From assembly GCF_037042905.1 (NCBI RefSeq), contig NC_087247.1, positions 39,184,001 through 39,248,000 on the forward strand: DNA of 64,000 nucleotides. The letters are read 5' to 3'. The translations under genes and the position numbers were made by a program. The notes below the pieces were generated by a model. The model was not told the DNA's origin and did not search any database. It saw only the letters and a list, made by a program, of their open reading frames with translations. Positions 22,906 to 36,236 of the stretch are shown here, in pieces; the stretch's first letter is position 1, and each line of letters opens with the position of its first letter. Source of the DNA: Lytechinus pictus (Eukaryota).

Positions 22906-24359
22906 CACTGGCGTAAATCCGTGTTGATGGGTGGGGGGATGACTGAAATATTTTGGCATTTTTTTGCAATCATGTTTTTAGATATGCAAGGAATTGTCAT
23001 TGATATGTCCACAGTGGCGACCGTGGGTCACGGCATGGGGGGGGGGGGGGCACCAGCAAAATTTTTGAATGACTGAGTGAGTGACCTAATAGAGACATTT
23101 TAAGGACAATGTCATTTAGCGGATATGTATCTCACTGATCAAATAATGCGAGCGCGAAGCGCGAGCTGAAATTTTTTTATTTTCACACCTAAAAAGGGAC
23201 ATTATAATCAAATTTGTGTAATCATGATAGGTACCTGTCTCGCTTAACAATGCGAGCGCGAGCTGAAAACTTAGATAATTCAGACCTGAAGTGGGACATT
23301 CTAAGGTTTCTTTGTAGGAATTAACTAGGACCATACGTATTTCATTAACCAAATGGTGCGAGCGCGAAACGCGAGCTGAAAATTTTTGATATTCAGATCA
23401 GAAGAAGGGACGTTTTAAGGACTGATTTTAGGATTTCATGAAGAGCAGACATATCTCACCAATCCACTAATGCGAACGTAATCACGGACAGGAAATGTTT
23501 CATATATACGAAGACCTTAACATGGGGCAATCACTTTTGAGTCATGAAAAAAAAAGCATATGTCATTACATAAAACAATGATAACTCAAGTGCTAGGAAA
23601 TATATTTGGTTTATATTGACTTGAAAACGGGATGTTTTAGTACAACAGGATTATGTATCTCGTTAAACAGACAATGCGAGCACCAGGAACAATGAAGACG
23701 TAGGCCCTGGGCAAATTATGTTTCATAAAGTTATGATAAAAATGTTTCTTATGTAATGTAACTTAACATAGTTATAATATAATATAACATTCTAATGAAT
23801 AATATTTTCTTCTTTCCCACTACGTTTCTCTTCCTTTCTCCCTCTTTTCTCCTTTCCTCCTTTCCCCGTTTTTTTTTGGTCAGCCGATGGGGGGGGGAGG
23901 GATGTGCCCCCCATGTCCCCCGTAGTTACGCCACTGTATGTCTATATGGCAAATACCCCTCCAATATTATTATCTTTTTTACCACATGATGGTTTAATGG
24001 TTTTATTAGAGATTACATTCAACAAATTTTTGACATTCCATCTTAATCCCTTCCCAAAGACCCCAACATTGATGAATTGGAAGAAACGGGGGTTTCTCTT
24101 CAATGTTATAATAAGGACATAAGTATTTCGTTTGGAAATGGTGAACTGGCTCTTTATTTGCATTTTATGATTCAATAATATTATCTTATTTGTTAAGCGG
24201 TATTTTTGGAAGAATTTTCACCAATAAAACAATTATCTCTTGTGATTTCTTTTTCATTTCTTTCGTAAAAAGTGGGGGGAATGTTTGTACAGGCCACCCC
24301 CCCCCTCCTCGAAAAGTGGGGGGATATATCCCCCCATCCCCCCGGGATTTACGCCAGTG
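22906..24359. mobile_element. Non-autonomous hAT-like element inserted in the minisatellite
   Basis: TIR CACTGGCGTAAATCC; perfect 8-bp TSD TCTTCTAC (22898-22905, 24360-24367). Confidence 0.88.
23012..23936. mobile_element. Non-autonomous hAT-like element nested in the previous one
   Basis: Ends CAGTGGCG / CGCCACTG; TSD TATGTCCA / TATGTCTA (7 of 8); internal GCGAGCGCGAAGCGCGAGC motifs. Confidence 0.8.
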
Positions 24360-25539
24360 TCTTCTACTATTATGACTAGCGACCCTCTTCTACTCTTGTG
24401 ACCGGCGAACCTCTTCTACTATTATGACTGTCGACCCTCATCTACTATTATGACCGGCGAACCTCTTCTACTATTATGACTGTCGACCCTCATCTACTAT
24501 TATGACCGGCGAATTTCTTCTACTATTATGACCGGCGAACCTCTTCTACTATTAAAACCGGCGAACCTCTTCTACTATTATGACTAGCGACCCTCATCTA
24601 CTATTATGACCGGTGAATCTCTTCTACTATTATGACCGGCGAACCTCGTCTACTATTATGACTAGCGAACCTCTTCTACTATTATGACTGGCGAACCTCT
24701 TCTACAATCATGACTGTTATTCATCGAGATTAGTTATGCGTGTAATAAAAAATGTTATCAAAATATTTCATCATGTTTTTGTCATGAAACTTCTTCTTTC
24801 TTTCGTATTTCGGCTCGGGGGAAATTCTGTGGACGAAGAAAAGTAGAAACCAATTTGTCTATAATGAGCTTAGATTATAAAAGTAAACTATCATTGTTTG
24901 GCCAAAAAAATAATAAATCTTCATGTTATTTCTTATTAATATGAGGCAAGTTCATAATTTAAGAAAATATGAAATTAATAATCTGTTATCTTTCACTATA
25001 TTGTTGTTTTAGGTTTTATATAATTGATTGCTGCTAAAAAAAATTTGTGAAGTTATCATATACGATCCGGATCACCCCAAATTATCAATCTTCTAATCGA
25101 TTGGTTTGACAAAGTTTTATCTTTGAAAGTTGATTATTTTTGCATTTTTTGAGAGGCATATACCTCTTTTGAGCTTCAATCCTCAATATTATAAAAATCA
25201 ACACAACTTGATTGACAATTGACGTTCCATAGCCTAAAACCCATAAATGAATTCGTAAGTGGCATTGGTCTATATGCAATAAGAAAAAAAGGGGGGAATG
25301 TAAGTGGGAATGATGAAACTGGTAATTATTTACACGACATGGAGCACTTCATGCATAACAAGCCGACCTCATGTCAACATTTTACAAGTGTGTGTCGTGT
25401 GTGGTTGTAAAAGTGGATGGTTGAGGAGAGAGAGGGGGGGTTAGAGAATCTCCACTCCAGTTTCAAAACAGCGTCATCGTATAATCAAATTAGAGAAATG
25501 AGACGCCAATGTGAACACAAGTTCGAACTAATAACGAAC

Positions 25540-26365
25540 TAATGATATGTAGGGTTAATTTGTTCCAAAGGGTTGGTCCAGCTACAGCAAATGATCTACT
25601 TCCATAAAAGCATGTATGGGTTTTGGGATTTTGAAGAAGTACTTGTTTGCTTGATCGAAGGTTACGGGATGGGTTATAATCATTTAGTAAATTGGACAAG
25701 TATGATGGAGATAAGCCATGCTGAGCTTTAAAACTAAACAAAGAATCTTAAATGTGATGCGCTTTTCAACAGAAAGCCAATGTTATTTCTTTAAGATACT
25801 GGTAATGCTGTGTTGTCTAGGAGTACGAGTTACTAGCCTAGCTACAATATTTTGCAGCATCTGCATACAATGTATGTCTTTTGGGGAAGACCATATAACA
25901 AGCTATTACATGAGTCGATTCGACAAATGCACGGACCACGTTTTTGTTGCCTCTTTATTCAGAAAACCTCTTATTCGACTGATACATCTGATCATGGCAG
26001 ATTTGCAAACAGAACTAATCTGCTCTTTCATATTGATATGTCTATCAAATATAATCCCTAAGTTTGTAGCATTGGCAGCAGGAGCAACATGATTATTGCC
26101 AACCCTAACATCAATCATACTTATTTTTGTACGAAACTTCGAAGTAAAATGTATAAGTTTTTTCATCATTAAGAAACAGCCTATTTTTGGTTGCCCAACT
26201 TCTAATACCAACGATGCAGGCTATCAGGGGGGGGGGGGGGTTCAACCGAAACTTGGCGATCACATTGATTGAAGACAATATACATTTGTGAGTCATCTGC
26301 ATATAGCATTACATCAACACCATGAGATCTAATAATGTCATTGATAGGGGCAGTGTAAGGGCAAT
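25540..26365 (-). mobile_element. Degenerate L2/CR1-type LINE fragment (RT C-terminus)
   Basis: Fragments across frames: MLYADDSQMY, NLGIIFD, FKAQHGLSPSYLSNLL..YNPSRNLRSS, YGSRSFAVAGPTLWNKL. Confidence 0.8.
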
Positions 26366-27887
26366 GAAGGCAGCAATGAAAAATATCATACAAGACTGGA
26401 CTTTGTTTGATTTTCCTTCCAGTTATTTTAATTGATCTGCTTTCATCTGGTCATTATGCAAATAACTTAAGTGCTCTTCTGGGCCGCAACAAGTGTTTTG
26501 CATACAATTCACATACAGAAAAAAGGTCATAATTTCTGAAATTAATTCCGAGCAACTGTGTGCCGTTGTGACATTAAGTGTGAGTGTGGGTGCGTATCTA
26601 CTAAGCAAAAAAAAAACACACAAACAAAAAACCTTTTTTGCGTAAAGGATTACAATATCATAGTTATGATGATTTAAAACGACTCATATCCAGATATGCA
26701 TACAAACAGAATGAACAGGGATTTAAGTTTATAAACGATATTGGTGAAATCTATTCAACAATAATAGTACTATTTAAGGGGAAATGTTATTGGGAATTCG
26801 TTTGGAAATTATTGACCTAAAATGTGTTTGATGATATCTTGAATGCACAAGAACAATCTTTTTCATCTCATTTGATAACATTTAAGCGAAATTGTATCGC
26901 ATGACATTTTTTTTGGGGGGGGGAACTGATCTCATGTGAATTTTAAATACTTTGACATTTCTTATATATTTTGGCCAACTTTTTTTTCTGCATTTCAGGG
27001 AGAACTTTCCCTCTGATAATATATTTCAGCTTAGGCCCCTTTTGACTCTCTGATAATATATTTCGTTAGATGCGTCGTTAAAGGTGTCCAAACAAACGAC
27101 CCCACCCTACTGGTCAAAATATTGACTGACTGAACAAGACGGGATGAGATGTACCTTTGCTCCCACCCGAGGTTTAAAGGGAAGGAGCGTCCAAGGTGTT
27201 CTAGTATTATCATTGCAGAGAATTTGCTTGGAAAATATCAAACACTGAATGGTTAAAAGACCGCCATATCGTTCTTGCTTACAATATAAATACATCAGAC
27301 GTCATAACTTAGAAAGTGTATCGAGTTCATTATCTAATAATGATTTATGATTTATAAAATTGGTTAGCACTTAAAGGCGAAGATCACTCTGATTATATGT
27401 TAAAACTCGAAAAAAGACAGAATATTGTTTAAAGTTCCGCCAACGAATAATTAAGTTATGAATGTTTAAACTTTCTATTTGTGACGTCACAGTTAAGCAG
27501 CTCCTGAATATATCTTTGTATAAATTCCCCCAAAATTGCAATTTCCTTAAAAGAAAAAAATGACAGTAACTTGATTTTTATGAATATATCATCAGACACA
27601 TTATTCCATACTTCATTCTATAAGAAAAATGTTTTCATTCATCATTATCCAATAAAAAATTAGTTTACGGAATTTATACATTACATGTGGGGGAGCTGCT
27701 TGCAAATGACATCATAAATCAAAAACTATAAAATTTCATTACCCTCTTGTTCTTCGATGTATTCTCATCAAACCTTCGCGAATACCCTTGATATAATTAG
27801 TGTATACTAATGCACTATATTTCTCTTTATGATATACAGTTGATCCTGTCTTGATGTGCGTGAACATTCCACATCGTGAATGATATC

Positions 27888-28029
27888 ATGCAATATTTAA
27901 TCATGCCTAACTACAAACAACCTAAACTACTACTTATTGGGACAATACTCCTCGTTGTCATGGTATCTTCTTATTCCTTGATATCACCCAACCTGCTGAG
28001 AGAAATCATTATTCAGAAGTCTTCTAAAG
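27888..28029 (+). CDS. Sulfotransferase gene 3, coding exon 1 (signal anchor)
   Basis: MQYLIMPNYKQPKLLLIGTILLVVMVSSYSLISPNLLREIIIQKSSK, AAAG|GTACAT donor, phase 1; start may instead be ATG 27903; acceptor at 27838-27839 implies an upstream non-coding exon. Confidence 0.75.
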
Positions 28030-28054
28030 GTACATTTGCTTCTTATTCACCTCT

Positions 28055-28285
28055 NNNNNNNNNNNNNNNNNNNNNNNNNNNNNNNNNNNNNNNNNNNNNN
28101 NNNNNNNNNNNNNNNNNNNNNNNNNNNNNNNNNNNNNNNNNNNNNNNNNNNNNNNNNNNNNNNNNNNNNNNNNNNNNNNNNNNNNNNNNNNNNNNNNNNN
28201 NNNNNNNNNNNNNNNNNNNNNNNNNNNNNNNNNNNNNNNNNNNNNNNNNNNNNNNNNNNNNNNNNNNNNNNNNNNNNNNNNNNNN
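28055..28285. other. Assembly gap next to (ATT)n-like low-complexity tract
   Basis: Run of N. Confidence 0.99.
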
Positions 28286-28426
28286 TTATCATTATTAGCA
28301 TTATTATCATTATCATTATTATTTGATTATTATTATTATCGTTAGTATTATTATTGTTGTTGTTGTTTTTCTTCTTGTAGTTATATAATGTAACCGTGAT
28401 AACGTAAATCTCATTTTTCATTCCAG

Positions 28427-28497
28427 CAGAGCCCCCAAAGTCTAATTTTATACCAATCGGTGAAGTTGTGTCCATAGGAAATGCAACCTTTCATTCT
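28427..28497 (+). CDS. Sulfotransferase gene 3, 71-nt stem exon
   Basis: TTTTTCATTCCAGCAG tandem (NAGNAG) acceptor, TCT|GTAAGT donor, AEPPKSNFIPIGEVVSIGNATFHS, phase 1 to 0. Confidence 0.75.
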
Positions 28498-28989
28498 GTA
28501 AGTACTATTTAACATTTCATTTTTAAATTGCCGATGTAATATGAAACAGAAATGATAAGAATTATGGAATATAAACATATAATTGAAATTTCTCCCGGGG
28601 ATGAACAATATACATTACAATGTGGAACATGCGCGAGTCTAACGAATGGGACCTGTTTCAGGAAACTTGTTATAATAACAAATGTGAAATAACAGTTCAA
28701 ACTTACTAAAATAATTCAATTTGATTTGCTGATATTAAACTTATTACAGAAATTGTGCATTTTTTATTATGACAATTCTGTATGAAAGAGGACCATGGTG
28801 CCAATGACATATATTCGGGGCCCGTTTTGGCAATCAAGGTGATTTACTTTTTCATTTAGATTCAACTGCATATCCGATTGATGACACCATGTGCTTATTT
28901 GGGATGTTTCTTCTGGATGGTTTCTACGGAATATGGAAAAATCACATCATGTAGGCAAAAACAAACAGTTGAAATACAAGATGACAGCT

Positions 28990-31900
28990 TATCGTCACCT
29001 TGTCTACTTGTCCAGTAAACTTTGCCTGACGAGTCCTAATAACTCGTCACCTCGTCTACTTGTCCTTAACGTCATCCCGTCGAATTGTCCTTAAATGCTG
29101 TGACTTGCCTAGTTCTGGTAACTCGTCACCTCGTCGAATTGTCCTTAACACTTTCCCGTCGACTTGTCCCTAACACTTTGACTTGCCGAATTCCGATAAC
29201 TCGTCACCACGTCGAATTGTCCTTTAATGCTTCACCTGCCGATTTCTGATACCTCATCCACTCGTCCACTTGTCTTTTACACTTTCCCGAGGACCTGTCC
29301 TTAACACTTAGACCTGCCGAATAGTGATAACTCGTCCACTTGTCTGTAACACTTTCCCGTCGACTTGTCCTTAACACTTTGACCTGCCGAATAGTAATAA
29401 CTCGTCCACTTGTCTGTAACACTTTCCCGTCGACTTGTCTTTAACACTTTGACCTGCCGAGTTCTGATAAGTCGTCACCTCGTCTACTTGACCTTAACAC
29501 TTTGACCTGCCGAGTTTTGATAACTCATCACCTCTTCTACTTGTCCTTAACACATTGATATGCCGAGATCTGATAACTCGTCACCCCGTCGACTTGTATT
29601 TAAATGCTTTCACCTGCCATGTTCTGATATTTTGTCACCCCGTCGACTTGTCCTTAACACTTTGACCTGCCGAGTTCTGATAAGTCGTCACCTCGTCTAC
29701 TTGTCCTTAACACTTTGACCTGCCGAGTTCTGATAACCCATCACCTCGTCTACTTGTCATTAACACTTTTATCTGCCAAGTTCTGATAACTCGTCACCCC
29801 GTCGACTTGTCCTTAACGCTTTGATCTGCCGAGTTCTGATAACTCGTCACCCCGTCGACTTGTCCTTAACACTTTGATCTGCCGAGTTCTGATAGCTCGT
29901 CACCCCGTCGACTTGTCCTTAACACTTTGATCTGCCGAGTTCTGATATCTCGTCACCTCTTCCACTTGTCCTTAACACTTAATCTAACGAGTTCTGATTA
30001 CTCGTCACCTCTTCCACTTGTTTTTAATACTATGACCTGCCAGGTAATGATAGCTCGTCACCCCGGCGAATTGTCCTTAACACTTGATCTGCCGAGTTCT
30101 GATAACTCGTCACCCCGTATACTTGCCCTTCACAATTTGATCTGCCGAGTTCTGATAACTCGTCACCTCTTCCACTTTTTTTAATACTTTGACATGCCAG
30201 GTTATGATAGCTCGTCACCCCGGCGAATTGTCATTAAATGCTTTGACCTGCCGAAATCTGATAACTCGTCACCTCGTCCACTTGTCCATAACACTTTGAT
30301 CTGCCAAGTTCTGATAACTCGTCACTTCGTCGACTTGTCCTTAACACTTTGATCTGCCGAGTTCTGATAACTCGTCACCTCGTCCACTTGTCTTTAACAC
30401 TTTCACGTCGACTTGTCCTTAACACTTTGATCTTCCGAGTTATGATAACTCGTCACCTCGTCCCCTTGTTTTTTACACTTTGATTTGCCAGGTTATGATA
30501 GCTCGTTACCCCGTCGACTTGTCCTTAACACTTTGACCTGCCGAGTTCTGATAAGTCATCGCCTCGTCTACTAGACCTTAACACTTTGACCTGCCTAGTT
30601 ATGATAACTTCTCCAACCCTCTACTTGTCCTTAACGCTTTGATCTGCCGAGTTCTGATAACTCGTCACCTCGTCCACTTGTCTTTAACACTTTGATCTGC
30701 CGAGTTCTGATAACTCGTCACTTCGTCGCCTTGTCCTTAACACTTTGATCTGCCGAGTTCTGATAACTCGTCACCTCGTCCACTTGTCTTTAACATTTTC
30801 CCGTCGACTTGTCCTTAACACTTGATCTGCCGAGTTCTGATAACTCGTCACCTCGTCCACTTGTCTTTAACACTTTGATCTGCCGAGTTCTGATAACTCG
30901 TCACTTCGTCGCCTTGTCCTTAACACTTTGATCTGCCGAGTTCTGATAACTCGTCACCTCGTCCACTTGTCTTTAACATTTTCCCGTCGACTTGTCCTTA
31001 ACACTTGATCTGCCGAGTTCTGATAACTCGTCACCTCGTCCACTTGTCTTTAACACTTTGATCTGCCGAGTTCTGATAACTCGTCACTTCGTCGCCTTGT
31101 CCTTAACACTTTGATCTGCCGAGTTCTGATAACTCGTCACCTCGTCCACTTGTCTTTAACATTTTCCCGTCGACTTGTCCTTAACACTTGATCTGCCGAG
31201 TTCTGATAACTCGTCACCTCGTCCACTTGTCTTTAACACTTTGATCTGCCGAGTTCTGATAACTCGTCACTTCGTCGCCTTGTCCTTAACACTTTGATCT
31301 GCCGAGTTCTGATAACTCGTCACCTCGTCCACTTGTCTTTAACATTTTCCCGTCGACTTGTCCTTAACACTTGATCTGCCGAGTTCTGATAACTCGTCAC
31401 CTCGTCCACTTGTCTTTAACACTTTCCAGTCGACTTATTCATAACACTTTGACCTGCCTAATTCTGATAACTCGTCACCCCGTCGACTTGTCCTAAACAC
31501 TTTGATTTGCCGAGTTCTGATAACTCGTCACATCTTCCCCTTGTTTTTAACACTTTGACCTGCCGAATTCTGATAACTCGTTACCCCGGCGAATTATCCT
31601 TAACTCTTTGACTTACCGAGTTCTGATAGCTCATCACCCCCATCGACTTTCTTTACATGCTTTCGTCCACTTGTCTGTAACACTTTCCCGTCGACTTGTC
31701 CTTAACACTTAGACCTGCCGAGTTCTGATAAATCATCGCCTCGTCTACTAGACCTTAACGCTTTTACCTGCCTAGTTATGATAACTTCTCCACTCCTCTA
31801 CTTGTCCTTAACACTTGATCTGCCGGGTTCTGATAACTCGTCACCCCGTCGACTTGTCCTTAACGCTTTGATCTGCCGAGTTCTGATAACTCGTCACTTC

Positions 31901-32140
31901 GTCGCCTTGTCCTTAACACTTTGATCTGCCGAGTTCTGATAACTCGTCACCTCGTCCACTTGTTTTTAACATTTTCCCGTCGACTTGTCCTTAACACTTG
32001 ATCTGCCGAGTTCTGATAACACGTCACCTCGTCAACTTGTCTATGACACTTTGGTCTGCCGAGTTCTGATAACTTATCAACCCGTCTACTTGTTCTTAAA
32101 GCTTTATTCTACCAATTTGTGATGGCTCATCACCTCGTTC
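28990..32140 (+). repeat. 53-bp satellite array with 183-bp higher-order repeat, in intron 2 of gene 3
   Basis: Monomer CACTTTGATCTGCCGAGTTCTGATAACTCGTCACCTCGTCCACTTGTCCTTAA (TAAC at 29761, 29814, 29867); CATTTTCCCG marker at 30794, 30977, 31160, 31343. Confidence 0.92.
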
Positions 32141-32963
32141 TAAAACAAATTGACCTACCAAATGTATTTATTTTCTCGTTTTCTTTTCCTAAACAAGTCT
32201 ATGTGCTTAATCAAACCGACTCATCGCCTCGTTTGCATGTTTTCATTGCAAGTCTGAAAGAGGCTGCTTCAACCCGATCCTTTCATCGGCATTGACATTC
32301 ACGTTACCATCAACAATCTACAAAACTTGGAAATCAAATTGGTCCAAAATATTTCATAACCAATAAATGATGCTAACTTATACATAAAATAAAGTATTTG
32401 CTCGATCTAGCTAATTCAATTAACAGTATATTGACACTTTAACTAATTGAGCTCAGTTAATTTCATGTTGTCTGTGATGGAAATAGTTAAACCGTCGCGA
32501 CGGTTTTCATAGAAAAATACGATATATACTATATATTTTAAAATGATATGCATAAGAAAAAATGTTTGATACCGAAGGTTTAACCCCAATAGTCCCTCGG
32601 GACCATATAGACCTTCGACATCTGTGCGATGAACCCGTAATGTGAATAGCTGGCATCATGACGTTTCATAGTAAGTCGACTTGCCTAACGTTGTTCTAAA
32701 TCAAGTGAATAAATAATTCGTCTTCTCGCGCAAGATTGTCTTGGCATACCAGCTTCAATTTAATAATAATATTACATGTAATTATTACTCTAATAAATTC
32801 CTGCTTTTTTATGTTGACCAGATATTTCAAATTGACTTAATGATCATGAAAAGTCTACTTGGAACGCCAATAAGAATGTACAAAGAAATTTTATCCCACT
32901 AGTTCACTTTTAATCAAATTTATAACTCCGTATTGTATGTGATTTATCTTCCATCTCACCCAG

Positions 32964-33839
32964 GAGGTTATTCAAGATGCATTCATCCACTCACAGAAGG
33001 TCATTCAAAAGGAGCGTCGAAATAGAATTACAAACGTGTGTGAAAAATATCATATGACATCACGAGATGACGTAATAAGCAAACCTCCATTTAATATCAT
33101 AGTTGACCACAATCACAAAGTAATATTTTGCTTCATTCCGAAGGTGGCGTGTACCAGTTGGAAAAGAATATTCCTCGTTCTTAAAGGGATAATCAGCGAC
33201 ACTGATGAAATAAATCAACATGATATCAATCATCATGAACAGAAAAGTCTAGACTTTTTCTTCCGTCAGACGAGGCAGATGAGAAGACATATTTTGGAAA
33301 GCTACACAAAGATTATGTTCGCAAGACACCCAATGTCGCGTGTTCTTTCTGCATACACAAACAAACTCTCCCCGAATTCGACGTTCAGTGGAGCCAAAGG
33401 ATGGCAAAAGGGGCTTGGAAAGAGGATTTTGAAGCACTTTTATCCCACTTCTACACATAAGACGTATGACCTTTCATTTGTAGATTTTGTGAAGTATCTT
33501 GGGGAAGAAAATGAAGGAGATGGTGATTCAAAAGGCAGAGACAACAAGCATTGGAAAGAAATACATAAGATGTGTTCACCTTGCAGTATCAACTATGATA
33601 TAATTGGAAAGATTGAAACGATGAGCAAGGATGTTGAGTTCGTTTTGAAATCCCTCCATATCTCTGACATGGTAAAGTTTCCTTCGTCGAGTGGTAGCAG
33701 CCCAACAAATAGCTCAAATCATATCATTCCATATTACACACAGATGCCAACTGAAGACGTCATTAGGTTGTACGAACGTTATCGGCTTGATTTCGAGATG
33801 TTTGGATATGATATACCAAACGAAATACAATTAAACTGA
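32964..33839 (+). CDS. Carbohydrate sulfotransferase (Sulfotransfer_2, CHST11/HNK-1ST-like) gene 3, catalytic exon
   Basis: IPKVACTSWK, RHPMSRVLSAY, HW...CSPC, DFEMFGY; acceptor CTCACCCAG ends at 32963, phase 0, in frame with ORF 33036-33839. Model 27888-28029, 28427-28497, 32964-33839 = 362 aa. Confidence 0.92.
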   Translation, partial: EVIQDAFIHSQKVIQKERRNRITNVCEKYHMTSRDDVISKPPFNIIVDHNHKVIFCFIPKVACTSWKRIFLVLKGIISDTDEINQHDINHHEQKSLDFFFRQTRQMRRHILESYTKIMFARHPMSRVLSAYTNKLSPNSTFSGAKGWQKGLGKRILKHFYPTSTHKTYDLSFVDFVKYLGEENEGDGDSKGRDNKHWKEIHKMCSPCSINYDIIGKIETMSKDVEFVLKSLHISDMVKFPSSSGSSPTNSSNHIIPYYTQMPTEDVIRLYERYRLDFEMFGYDIPNEIQLN

Positions 33840-36236
33840 AATCACTATTTATTTCAAACTCTTTAATATGGATTCTATTTTTATATATAAATGTATTCTA
33901 CGAGTTTCTAGGTCAGCTTTTAACTCTAAAGTACAACGCAGACTTGGCTTAAGAGGTCACCTGGCTATAAGCATTAATATGACACACACCCATGCATTTG
34001 AAGGTGTTATTAAATTTGTGGGTAAAGTGTTATTGCATTTGTGGGTTTTTATTTCATTTTTAGGTGTAACATCTCCTCCCTCAAAAAAGAGAGAATTAAT
34101 AATATTTAAGGTTACAGTGCGTGACGCGCGTAACATCTAGAAAGTATATATAAGGGCGTTTCGGGCAACATACATTTTTTGGCAATTTTTTTCCTTTTTA
34201 TTTGAGGGGGCGATAGAAGGGTAAAATTATCAAGCATATCAAATAATTATTGAATAGGATGTGAATTATAACAAAACGGGGAAAGGGGATCATGGTCGCA
34301 GCTATACAGTTGATCAGATATTTAATACTTAATAACTGCCATTGTGGTTATAAGAAAAAGAAGATGTTTCCGTTGTCCGAAACACTTGTAAACAATTGAT
34401 GTATTCGGAAGAGAGAAACATTATCTAAGTTTTAAGTGCAGTGATAGAATACCTAAGATGATATAAAATCAATTCTTAAGCCAGTGATAAACATTTTATG
34501 AAGAACAGCAACCCTAGTCTTGTGTGTTATTTGTGATATGGGTGGGGTGTATATTGTAAAGGTGTGCGTGTGGGGTGGGTATACGTGTGTGTGAGGTTTG
34601 ATTTTACACTTATGCCTGTTAGATTTTGTTCTGCTTTTATATTTGCCATTTTGCATAACTAATAAGCATTGAAAAGGTTTAGGGCACGGATCGGATTATG
34701 TGTAACAAAACCCTGATTGTTCTATACAAATCAAATATTAGGCTAAGATAAAGATGATCACCAGCTCAGCTGCAGTGATTTTTGTGAGGGGCGAGATGCT
34801 ATCTAATTTTAAATGCGATTCTGCTAATATATAACCAAGCTATCTCGTCCTCCCTTTTTTCCACCCCTCGCCACTTCTTGAAAAATGTAGCGCCAACTCT
34901 AGGTGTGGTACTTCAAAAATAATTTATTCGGTGTTCGGCTAAAGGGCGTCAACAAAAGCAAATTGTTGATTTGAATGGATAAAAGCAAAATCTAGCGAAA
35001 CACTGAAAATTAATTAAAATCGTACGTAAAAATAATGAATTTATGACAATTTAGTATATTCAGTATATCTATATACAAAAATGGTATAACTTTCAAATTC
35101 ATTTTACTCGTATCATTACACAGAAATATGATTCGACCACCCAAAGAAAAAAAAAAATTTGAGGTTTAGAACTGAAAAACGGGACATTCTATTAACCTAT
35201 TTAATCATGAAAAGTATGGGTTTTTACTACAGAAATGATGCGAGCGCGAAGCGCGAGCTGAAAATTTGTATATTCCAATCTGAAAAGCGGACATTTTGAG
35301 GACGACTTTCAATAAAGAACGAGTTTTGTATCTCGATCTCGCTTGCTGATTTTTGTGTAACATTACAATCTTATTTTATTTTGCACATGTATGCGGAATT
35401 ATTGGGGGGGGGGGCAAAACGATATGTTTGCCCCCCCAATATTTTCATTGGTGGGGCGATCGCCCCCCTGCCCCCCCCCCCAGGATCGACGCCTCTGCTC
35501 CCAATACCTCTTCCACCCTTGTCGCTAACACTTTTGACAAAATGTTATAAGCTACATTCAAAAGAGTTATCGGCCTGTAGTTTTTCATGTGCAATGGATT
35601 TTTACCTTTTTTTTCAATTAGAGTAATGACACTGCTCCTATTAGCGGAACAGCGACCTCTGTAATTTAAACATTGCCATTACACAAGTTGAAACTATAGA
35701 GGTGTCTGAGCTCGAGTTGAAGCAAAAGCAATAATACCGGGCAATAACGCCCTGTTTAAATTCGATTTAGTCATCAAATTAGGGTCTATACGATTTTGTT
35801 TAACGCGGAGTTTAAACAAGTTGTTTTTAAGTTTTAGGAACATCGTAAGATCAGCGCAGGTCCACTTTGGACCTCTATGATGCCCCCAAACATAAGAAAT
35901 CGTTAGATGGTCGAAAATAATAAACACGATAATTACAATGCAACAAAAATCGTATATATCAATCGCACGATGAATATTGATCGTAGTACGACAATACTCT
36001 ACTACAGGAGGGATGTGCTCTGATGGAAGAAGAAGTAGTAGTAAATATAAACTAAATATAAATGCGGTATAAAGGGACGGGTGTAAATCCCGGGGGATAT
36101 CCCCCTCCCCACTTTTCGGAGAGGGGGGTGGCCTGTTAGTACGATCACCCACCCCCCCCCCTTCAAAGACGAAAACAATATTGTATATCATCATACAGAT
36201 AAAACTACTACTGCCAATCTGTTGATTCCTCTTTAA

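Larger units (their letters stand above)
22474..24715 (+). repeat. 26-bp minisatellite (ATGACCGGCGAACCTCTTCTACTATT) interrupted by nested MITEs
   Basis: ATG phase at 22624, 22650, 22676; array runs 22474-22905 and resumes 24360-24715. Confidence 0.9.

Noticed and set aside
27876-28475. ORFs running through N gaps (also 53685-53942)
   Set aside because: Artefacts of translating N; only the signal-anchor part before 28030 is supported.
22474-32140. Short regular repeats as a CRISPR array
   Set aside because: Head-to-tail tandem units with no unique spacers, no cas genes, and intron-containing eukaryotic context.
32822-32877. Candidate stem exon for gene 3
   Set aside because: In-frame TGA in the required phase; 28427-28497 fits cleanly.
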